Assembly (NCBI GenBank): GCA_050251055.1
Contig: JBFWNL010000006.1
Coordinates: 64,001 to 128,000 of the forward strand
Origin: Bacteriovoracia bacterium
GTDB lineage: Bacteria; Bdellovibrionota; UBA1018; JBFWNL01
DNA: 64,000 bases
Direction: 5' to 3'
Shown: one piece after another, positions 57,065-64,000 of the stretch
Numbering within the stretch: the stretch's first letter is position 1
Layout of the letters: each line of letters begins with the position of its first letter
Translations under genes and position numbers: made by a program
Notes under the pieces: model-generated
The model's database searches: none
Told to the model about the DNA's origin: nothing
Seen by the model: the letters and a program-made list of their open reading frames with translations, nothing else

Positions 57065-57775
57065 ATGAGGCAATTGATTACGGTCATTTTCGGGCTCCTG
57101 CTGAGCTTGTCCTCCAGCCAAGGCGCGGCGGACACCGACATCGCCGCCAAGTTTCGCGCGGAGCTCGCCAAGCTCCCCCAGACGGAAAAAAACGAGAAGG
57201 TCCGCCTCGTGAAAGAAGCGAACCTGCTTTTCTTTCTCGCCAAGGAAATCGACAACGAGGAGCAGAAAGAAAAAATGTTCGAGAGCGGCCGCGACAAGGC
57301 GCTCGAGGTGTTGAAGCAAGACCCCAAGAATCCGGGCGCCTTGCTTTGGTCGGCGGTAAATGACGGTGGCTTGGCCGAGATCCACAAGAACCTGGCTGGC
57401 TTGCGCACGATTTCGCGTATGCAGGAAACCATGTTCAAACTCAAGGAAATCGACCCGGATTACGAATACGCGGCGGCCGATCGCACCTTGGCCAAGCTTT
57501 ACCAGGAAGCCCCGGGCTTCATCTCGATCGGTTCTTCGTCGCAGGCCCGCAAGCATTTTCTGCTCGCGGTGAAGCGGTTCCCCGATTATCCGGCGAACCA
57601 GCTCCTTTACGCCCAATTCCTTTACGATAAGGAAGAGTACGAAGAGGCGAAGAAGTTGGTCGAAGCGATGCTCAAGGGCAAGGAGATGGCCAAGCATCCG
57701 CTTTATCAGGCGCGCTGGCAAATCGACGGCAAGGAAACGCTGGCGAAAATCGAAGCCAAATTAAAGAAGAAATGA
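57065..57775 (+). CDS. Secreted TPR/TatT-like helical protein
   Basis: Signal peptide; DP.Y..A...R.L..LY..APG..S.G pattern; ATGA overlap with crtY. Confidence 0.7.
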   Translation: MRQLITVIFGLLLSLSSSQGAADTDIAAKFRAELAKLPQTEKNEKVRLVKEANLLFFLAKEIDNEEQKEKMFESGRDKALEVLKQDPKNPGALLWSAVNDGGLAEIHKNLAGLRTISRMQETMFKLKEIDPDYEYAAADRTLAKLYQEAPGFISIGSSSQARKHFLLAVKRFPDYPANQLLYAQFLYDKEEYEEAKKLVEAMLKGKEMAKHPLYQARWQIDGKETLAKIEAKLKKK

Positions 57776-58938
57776 GTGGAAAAGTGACGGCGACGCGTAG
57801 CCAATACGACCTGATTTTCGTGGGGGGCGGGCTGGCCGCGGGGTTGGCCGCGGATCGTATCTTGGCGCAGTGGCCACGCACCCGGATGTTGATGCTCGAG
57901 AAGGGCGCGCAGCTCGGGGGCAATCATACCTGGTCGTTTCACACGACCGATCTCACCGCCGCTCAGTACGATTGGGTGAGGCCATACGTTTCGAAAACCT
58001 GGAAGGGCTACGACGTTTGGTTTCCGCGATACGAGCGGACGCTCCAATCTGATTACAATTCCATTCAATCCGAAAAATTCCACGAAGTGCTCCTGGCTAA
58101 ACTCGGCGATCGCGTCCGTTTGAACGCGGACGTGCGAAGCCTCACTCCGCATCGGGTGACGCTGGCCGACGGCGAGCAGCTCGAGGCCGCTTGCGTGATC
58201 GACGCGCGCGGGTTCGCCGACATCGTGCCGGGTTCGGTCGCGTACCAGAAGTTCGTCGGCATCGATCTGCAGCTTTCCGTCCCGCATGGGCTCACGCGTC
58301 CGACCATCATGGACGTGACCTGCGAGCAGCGTGACGGCTTTCGTTTTTTCTATCTCCTCCCCTGGAGCGAAACCTCGCTGCTGATTGAAGACACGCGCTA
58401 TTCGGCCACGCCGGATGTCGACTTCAAGGAGTACGAAAGCGAGATCCTCGATTACGCCCATCGCCACGGCTGGAAGGTTCAGCATCAGATCCGCCACGAG
58501 ATCGGCATCCTGCCGATTCCGCTTCGCCAGGAGATTTTCGTCCGCGATGCCTCCTTCGTGGTCGGGGTGCCGATTATTGGAAGCCGCGCGTCATTTTTTC
58601 ATTCGACGACGGGATACTCCCTACCCGAAGCCGTGCAGTTGGCCGAAGAGCTCGCGAGCCTGACTCCCTTGACCTCCGAAAACCTCCTGAATTTCTTGGA
58701 GAAATACGAACAGAAGCAATTCCGTAAGGAAGGCTATTACCGCCTGCTGAACCGCATGCTTTTCTTTGCGGCTGACCCCCAAATCCGCTATAAGATTTTC
58801 GAGCGTTTTTATCGATTGTCCGAGGGGTTAATTCAGCGTTTCTACGCTGGAAAGATGACCCTCGCGGATCGCGTGCGGTTGCTGAGTGGCAAACCGCCGG
58901 TGCCGATTTCTCGCGCTCTGGGTTGTCTCTTTGAGTGA
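57772..58938 (+). CDS. crtY: Lycopene beta-cyclase CrtY
   Basis: GGGLA, GGNHTWSF, QKFVG, P.IMD, LIEDT.YS, E.G.LP, TTGYSLP, RFYRL...I.RFYA, GKPPVP. Confidence 0.95.
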   Translation: MSGKVTATRSQYDLIFVGGGLAAGLAADRILAQWPRTRMLMLEKGAQLGGNHTWSFHTTDLTAAQYDWVRPYVSKTWKGYDVWFPRYERTLQSDYNSIQSEKFHEVLLAKLGDRVRLNADVRSLTPHRVTLADGEQLEAACVIDARGFADIVPGSVAYQKFVGIDLQLSVPHGLTRPTIMDVTCEQRDGFRFFYLLPWSETSLLIEDTRYSATPDVDFKEYESEILDYAHRHGWKVQHQIRHEIGILPIPLRQEIFVRDASFVVGVPIIGSRASFFHSTTGYSLPEAVQLAEELASLTPLTSENLLNFLEKYEQKQFRKEGYYRLLNRMLFFAADPQIRYKIFERFYRLSEGLIQRFYAGKMTLADRVRLLSGKPPVPISRALGCLFE

Positions 58939-58967
58939 ACTCAAAACACTGAATTGGGGAAGTTAGT

Positions 58968-60020
58968 TTGAGCCAAGCCGAAACGACGCAGACGGGTTTC
59001 CCGGCGGGGAAGAAACTCGAGAAGCTTTTGGAGCTTCGCACGTCCGGAAATATTTCCGAACTTTTGTCCTCCGTGCTTTACGAACCGATCGAAGATCTGT
59101 TCCAACGTCCGCGCAAGGAGTTCCGCGGGCAGATGGTGGAGCTGGGTTTCGCGTTGGCCGACGGCCCGGGCTCGCATCTCAAGCTCACCGCCGAAGAAAA
59201 AAAACTCTGCGCCTGCGGCGCGAAGATCTTGGAATCCCTGCACGCGGGCTCGCTCGTGGTGGACGATATCCAGGACAACAGCAAGGTTCGTCGCGGTAAA
59301 GAGACCCTGCACCTGCGCTACGGGCTTCCGATGGCGCTGAATGCGGGCAACTGGCTTTATTTCTGGCCCATGCAGATCATCCGCGAAGCCGGCCTCAGCG
59401 CCGAGATTGAGTTACAGCTTTACCAGCTTTGCCACCGTACCTTGATCCGCGCCCATTACGGTCAGGCGCTTGACGTGGGTATTCCGGTCGATACGCTGCC
59501 GCAGAAAAAAATTCCGTCCGTTTGCATGGCTTCGCTTGAGCTCAAGAGCGGCGCCCTCATGGCGCTCGCGCTCACCATTGGTGCGACGCTGGGTAAGGCT
59601 TCGGCCGAGCGCATCGATGCGCTCGACGAGTTCGGTCACCGCTTCGGCATCGCGCTGCAGATGTTCGATGACCTGGGCAACCTGAAGGCGCGCCCCACGA
59701 AAAGCCCCGAGGCGCTCAAGCAGTTCGAAGATCTCTACCTGCGCCGCCCCTCCTGGGTGTGGGTCGTGGCCGCCGAAAACTTCCCGGCGCCCGTTTTCAA
59801 GGCTTTCCTGCACGCCGTTCAGCAATTACCGGACGAGTCGTACCTCGCGGAATGGCTCAAGGCCAATCCGCTGCGCGACATCGGTAAACGCAAGGCGAAG
59901 GACTTCCTGATGCAGTCCTTCAGGAAGCTGGAAGAACATTTCGAGATGGAACCCGAGTTCCACGCGGCGCTCAAGATTCTCAAAGAACAAGTGGAAAGGC
60001 TGATTGGTGCATATGAGTAA
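58968..60020 (+). CDS. crtE: Polyprenyl (GGPP-type) synthase
   Basis: H.GSL.VDDIQD.S..RRG, GQALD, KSG, LQMFDD; lies within the crt operon. Confidence 0.82.
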   Translation: MSQAETTQTGFPAGKKLEKLLELRTSGNISELLSSVLYEPIEDLFQRPRKEFRGQMVELGFALADGPGSHLKLTAEEKKLCACGAKILESLHAGSLVVDDIQDNSKVRRGKETLHLRYGLPMALNAGNWLYFWPMQIIREAGLSAEIELQLYQLCHRTLIRAHYGQALDVGIPVDTLPQKKIPSVCMASLELKSGALMALALTIGATLGKASAERIDALDEFGHRFGIALQMFDDLGNLKARPTKSPEALKQFEDLYLRRPSWVWVVAAENFPAPVFKAFLHAVQQLPDESYLAEWLKANPLRDIGKRKAKDFLMQSFRKLEEHFEMEPEFHAALKILKEQVERLIGAYE

Positions 60021-61587
60021 GAAAGCAGCGGTAATTGGCAGCGGTTTTGGTGGGTTGAGCGTGGCGATTCGCCTGCAGGCGGCCGGCTTCAAAACCACCA
60101 TTTTTGAAAAGCGCGATCTGCCCGGCGGCCGCGCCTACGTCTTCAAACAGGACGGTTTTTCGTTCGACGCCGGTCCGACCGTGATCACGGCGCCCGAGTG
60201 CATCGACGAGCTTTTTAATATCGCCGGCAAGGACCAGAGCAAGTACGTGAAGATGGTCCCGGTGATGCCGTTCTACCGGTTGCTTTTCGATGACGGCTAT
60301 AAGTTCGATTATTCCAACGACGACGAACAGCTCTTTTCGCAAATCGGCGCGAAGAACCAGCGCGACGTGGAAGGTTACAAGCGCTTCTTGAAGTATTCGG
60401 AGGAAGTCTTCGAACAAGGCTATACGAACCTCGTCCACGTGCCCTTCCTGAACTGGTGGAGCATGATCCGGGTCGCGCCGCAGCTCATGCGCTTGCAGTC
60501 GCCACGTTCGGTGTTCTCGATGGTCGCGAAGTTTATTAAGGACCCGCATCTGCGTACGGCGTTCAGCTTCCACACCCTGCTCGTGGGCGGCAACCCGTTC
60601 ACGACCTCGTCGATCTACACGTTGATCCATTTCCTCGAGCGCAACTGGGGCGTGCACTTCCCGATCGGCGGCACGAGCGCGCTGGTGAACGCTTTGGTGA
60701 AGCTGTTCCAAGACATCGGTGGCACCGTGAAGTTCAACGCCGAGATCGACGAGATCACGACCGCGAATGGCGCCGTGACGGGCGTGAAGCTGAAGGACGG
60801 TACGATCGAAAAATTCGACGCCGTGGTTTCTAACGGTGAGATCATGCACACTTATAAAGATCTCCTGCGTAAGGAGCCGAAGCTCGATTCCACGCGCCGC
60901 TCGCTCGCGCGCAAGGATTACACGATGTCGTTGTTCCTGATTTACTTCGGCACCGACCGCAATTGGGACAATCTTTCGCATCATAATATCATCTTCGGGC
61001 CTCGCTATAAGGAGCTATTGAAGGACATCTTCGTGAACAAGAAGTTGGCCGATGACTTCTCGCTTTACCTGCATAATCCGACCGTCACCGACCCCTCGCT
61101 CGCGCCTGCGGGCAAGCACGCCTATTACGTGCTCGCGCCGGTACCGAACCTGGGCGATTGCGATGTCGACTGGGACCAGGAAGCGCCGAAATATGCCGAT
61201 CGCATCCTGACGTATCTGGAAAGCAAGTACATGCCGGGCTTGAAGAAGAGCATCGTCAGCCAGCGCATTGTCACCCCGAAGTACTTCGAGAAGGACCTCA
61301 ACTCGCACTTGGGTGCGGCCTTTTCGCTCACGCCGAACCTATTGCAGAGCGCTTTCTTCCGTGCGCATAACCGCGACGACAAGATCAAGGGCATGTACGT
61401 GGCGGGCGCGGGTACCCACCCGGGCGCCGGCGTGCCGGGCGTGATCAACTCCGGCAAGGCCACGGCGGGCCTCGTGATCGAGGACTTCGCGGGCCACTTG
61501 GGTAAGGCTTCGGGCGCCACGCACGCGGGCCCGGCGCATACTCGCCGTCCAGTCGAGACCGGCCGCTCTCCCGAGGCGATGCAGTGA
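60013..61587 (+). CDS. crtI: Phytoene desaturase CrtI
   Basis: IGSGFGGL, PGGRA, FDAGPTVIT, LLVGGNPF, GAGTHPGAGVPGV. Confidence 0.97.
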   Translation: MSKKAAVIGSGFGGLSVAIRLQAAGFKTTIFEKRDLPGGRAYVFKQDGFSFDAGPTVITAPECIDELFNIAGKDQSKYVKMVPVMPFYRLLFDDGYKFDYSNDDEQLFSQIGAKNQRDVEGYKRFLKYSEEVFEQGYTNLVHVPFLNWWSMIRVAPQLMRLQSPRSVFSMVAKFIKDPHLRTAFSFHTLLVGGNPFTTSSIYTLIHFLERNWGVHFPIGGTSALVNALVKLFQDIGGTVKFNAEIDEITTANGAVTGVKLKDGTIEKFDAVVSNGEIMHTYKDLLRKEPKLDSTRRSLARKDYTMSLFLIYFGTDRNWDNLSHHNIIFGPRYKELLKDIFVNKKLADDFSLYLHNPTVTDPSLAPAGKHAYYVLAPVPNLGDCDVDWDQEAPKYADRILTYLESKYMPGLKKSIVSQRIVTPKYFEKDLNSHLGAAFSLTPNLLQSAFFRAHNRDDKIKGMYVAGAGTHPGAGVPGVINSGKATAGLVIEDFAGHLGKASGATHAGPAHTRRPVETGRSPEAMQ

Positions 61588-62669
61588 ATTTAGAACCGGG
61601 CCTCCACCGCGACAGCTCAACCCGCGAGAACTCGACTTCGTCTCGCGTGGCGACCACGCTTGGGGGCCACGATGCCCGGCGCGTGGCCGATGTCTCGTCG
61701 CGGGAGGTCTCGGTTTCGGCGCTCACGATCACTCCGGAAATCCAGCAGACCGCGCAGGAAATTATCTCCGCCGGCTCGAAGAGTTTCGCCACGGCGGCGA
61801 AGATCTTCGGCACGAACGTGAAGTATGGCGCGTTTTTTCTCTACGGCTGGTGCCGCTACTGCGATGATGCCACCGACAACGTCGATCAGATCGTCGGGCT
61901 ACGCGCCGACGAAGCCATGCGCATGAAGGCCCAACGCGTGGCCGAGCTCGTGCGCAAGACGAACTCCGCATTCGACGGTGAGCCACAAACGGAATCCGTG
62001 TTTCACGCCTTCCAGTACGCGGTCACGCGCTTCGGCGTGCCTCGCCAGTACGCACTGGATCTATTGAAGGGCATGGATTTGGACGTGCACCGCGCGACCT
62101 ATCAAACTTTCGATGACCTTCGACTTTATTGCTACTATGTGGCCGGCACGGTGGGGTTGATGATGGCCCACATTATGGGCGTGAGCGATCCGCGCGCGCT
62201 CGACAACGCCGCCGCCATGGGCATGGCCATGCAGCTCACGAACATAGCCCGCGACATCCGGGAAGACCACGAAATGGGCCGGATCTACCTGCCGCTCGAT
62301 TGGTTAAAGGAATTCGGAGTGGAACGCTCGGAGCTGATGGACCCCAAGAATCGCGACCAGGTTGTCCAGATGGTCGCCCGTCTCTTGGATGAGGCGGACC
62401 GCTGCTACGCCAAAGGCAAAAGTGGGCTAAAATATCTCCCGCTCCGTTCGGGATGGGCCATTTCGTCCGCCTGTGAGATTTATTCGTATATCGGCAGAGT
62501 CGTGCGCGGCCGCGGTGGACAAGCTTGGGATCGCCGCGCATTTACATCTTTCCCTCGTAAAATTTGGCTAGTAACATATGGGACGTTCAGGGTCTTAAAG
62601 CTGGTGCCCGGGCGGATTTTCAAGCGATGGGCGCCGGTTTCCATCGATGGCATTTGGAGGTTTTCATGA
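61584..62669 (+). CDS. crtB: Phytoene synthase CrtB
   Basis: GSKSF, Y.WCR..DD..D, YCYYVAG.VG, AMQLTNIARDI.ED, GRIYLP; true start may be downstream. Confidence 0.95.
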   Translation: MNLEPGLHRDSSTRENSTSSRVATTLGGHDARRVADVSSREVSVSALTITPEIQQTAQEIISAGSKSFATAAKIFGTNVKYGAFFLYGWCRYCDDATDNVDQIVGLRADEAMRMKAQRVAELVRKTNSAFDGEPQTESVFHAFQYAVTRFGVPRQYALDLLKGMDLDVHRATYQTFDDLRLYCYYVAGTVGLMMAHIMGVSDPRALDNAAAMGMAMQLTNIARDIREDHEMGRIYLPLDWLKEFGVERSELMDPKNRDQVVQMVARLLDEADRCYAKGKSGLKYLPLRSGWAISSACEIYSYIGRVVRGRGGQAWDRRAFTSFPRKIWLVTYGTFRVLKLVPGRIFKRWAPVSIDGIWRFS

Positions 62670-63364
62670 ATACCACCACGACGACTTCGCCTTCGGGCAC
62701 GGGTTCGGGGAAAAAAATGAATTTCACCCGCGGTACGGGCGCCACGAGCGGCCGTCCTTATATTCGCACTGAAGAAGACAAGCTGATGGGGCAGAACTAC
62801 CTGCGCGACATCGTGATCTACGCCAGTCGCTTCAAGTACTTCGAGCGCGAAGACTGGTACGTTTACTTCGCTTGGGTGGGCCTCATGAGCGGCCTGATTT
62901 TCTCGATCTTGGGCTTCATGATGGTGGGTTTCGTGAATAACGTGCAGTATCCCGCCTACGCGTGGAACGTGCCGATCGGCACCGCGATCTTCATCCTGTC
63001 GATCTCGTTCGATACGATCGGCCACCGTTCGGCATACAAGGAAGCCTTGAAATCCGGCGAAGCCTTGGTTCACCACATCACGATTTTTATGGGCATCACG
63101 AGCTGCGTTCTGCTTTGCCTCGCGTACACCCATCGCGCTTTCTTTGCGGTCCCGGCGCTCGTTTTCACGGGTCTCTCGGTCATGTACAGCGTCATCGACG
63201 AAGCCATGCACTGGAAGCGCTACGCCGAAGGAAATTCCGACCGCGTGGAAATGTGGGCGCACTCGGGCATCTTTATCGGTCACTCGATCATGATGGCCGC
63301 GTGGGTCTACTGGTTCTATGAAGGCTACCCTGGCGTGGCCGAAACCCTGCAGTATCTGAAATAA
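62666..63364 (+). CDS. Uncharacterised membrane protein with repeated Asp/Glu-His motifs
   Basis: About 5 TM; DTIGH, EALVHH, DEAMH, EMWAH; ATGA overlap with crtB. Confidence 0.8.
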   Translation: MNTTTTTSPSGTGSGKKMNFTRGTGATSGRPYIRTEEDKLMGQNYLRDIVIYASRFKYFEREDWYVYFAWVGLMSGLIFSILGFMMVGFVNNVQYPAYAWNVPIGTAIFILSISFDTIGHRSAYKEALKSGEALVHHITIFMGITSCVLLCLAYTHRAFFAVPALVFTGLSVMYSVIDEAMHWKRYAEGNSDRVEMWAHSGIFIGHSIMMAAWVYWFYEGYPGVAETLQYLK

Positions 63365-63380
63365 CAATAAGGAGAGTGTT

Positions 63381-63773
63381 ATGAAGGTTGTTCTCAGCGC
63401 AGTATTAGGCTTGGCTTTGATGAATGGCGTCGCTTTGGCGAATACGGATTGCTCGGATGCGTCGAATTTCGGCGAAGTCACGAAGGCCGAACTGACTCAG
63501 ATGGTGGAAAAGAAATCCGCGTTCATCGTCGACGTGAACAGCGCCGACAGCTACAAGAAAAATCACGTTCCCGGCGCCATCCACTTCGCCGCCAACGAGA
63601 AGAATTTCTCCAAGATGCTCCCGGCCGACAAGGGCACGATGATCGTCGCTTACTGCGGTGGTCCGGCTTGCACGGCTTGGGAAAGGGCCGCCACGGCCGC
63701 CTGCAAGGAAGGCTACACCAACATCCGTCACTTTAAAGGCGGCATCTCCGGCTGGACGAAGAAGTCGTCCTAA
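63381..63773 (+). CDS. Exported rhodanese-like domain protein
   Basis: Signal peptide; IVDV, HVPGAI, YCGGP.C, GGI.GW. Confidence 0.88.
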   Translation: MKVVLSAVLGLALMNGVALANTDCSDASNFGEVTKAELTQMVEKKSAFIVDVNSADSYKKNHVPGAIHFAANEKNFSKMLPADKGTMIVAYCGGPACTAWERAATAACKEGYTNIRHFKGGISGWTKKSS

Positions 63774-63807
63774 CGAGCAGTTTTTTTCCGGGTGACTGGA
63801 AAGCGAG

Positions 63808-63840
63808 AACGGCCAGGTGAAAGCCTGGCCGTTTTTTTTT
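63808..63840 (+). terminator. Rho-independent terminator
   Basis: AACGGCCAGG-TGAAAG-CCTGGCCGTT followed by a T run. Confidence 0.88.
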
Positions 63841-63849
63841 GGCCAAACG

Positions 63850-64000
63850 TTATCCGATTTTTTCGTCGAGCATAGTGCCCTTACGGACCTTGCCCGCGCG
63901 CTTCTGGCGCTTGGCCGCGGTTTGGTAAGTGTGGGCGCCGACCCAGCGGGAGATCTTCCCGCGCTGTTCTTTGAGTTTATTGAAGAGCTGAATGAAGGCG
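63850..64000 (-). CDS. 3' end of a gene entering from the right edge (...AFIQLFNKLKEQRGKISRWVGAHTYQTAAKRQKRAGKVRKGTMLDEKIG)
   Basis: Open frame from the window edge to TAA at 63850-63852, converging on the terminator. Confidence 0.5.
   Translation of the reverse strand, partial: AFIQLFNKLKEQRGKISRWVGAHTYQTAAKRQKRAGKVRKGTMLDEKIG

Noticed and set aside
1-64000. CRISPR array, rRNA, prophage or IS element
   Set aside because: No regularly spaced repeats, rRNA signatures, phage structural genes or transposase motifs recognised

Overview
A roughly 60% GC (by eye) chromosomal window from a Bdellovibrionota/Oligoflexia-like deltaproteobacterium; the lineage is inferred from recR-mglA without mglB, paired dksA genes and many secreted hydrolases. 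Core blocks: a rearranged dcw cluster (rsmH-ftsL-ftsI-murE-mraY-murD-ftsW-murG-murC-murB ... ftsQ-ftsA-ftsZ, with no mraZ, murF or ddl here), dnaX-recR-mglA-dksA-dksA, mltG, rho, rpmE-DUF1385-prfA-prmC-murA-hinT, and a carotenoid operon (crtY-crtE-crtI-crtB plus two unexplained genes). Two candidate undescribed systems stand out. (1) A minus-strand unit at about 25.9-26.9 kb: a sigma54-type promoter, a structured leader with a 24-aa uORF and GGA-loop hairpins, a dksA paralogue with an altered coiled-coil tip (DxxDxT), and a 3' trailer with four ANGGA-loop hairpins that resembles a CsrB/RsmZ-type CsrA sponge. (2) An AT-rich three-gene island at 33.3-38.4 kb: a membrane class III nucleotide cyclase with atypical specificity residues, a PilZ-PilZ-LuxI/FeeM-like acyltransferase, and an orphan multi-TM sensor kinase. 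Also notable: several apparently leaderless genes, a protein-level-conserved Cys-loop repeat inside a subtilase, and a His/Asp/Glu-rich membrane protein coupled to crtB. No rRNA, tRNA, CRISPR array or transposase was recognised. All calls are from visual motif recognition; no searches were run.
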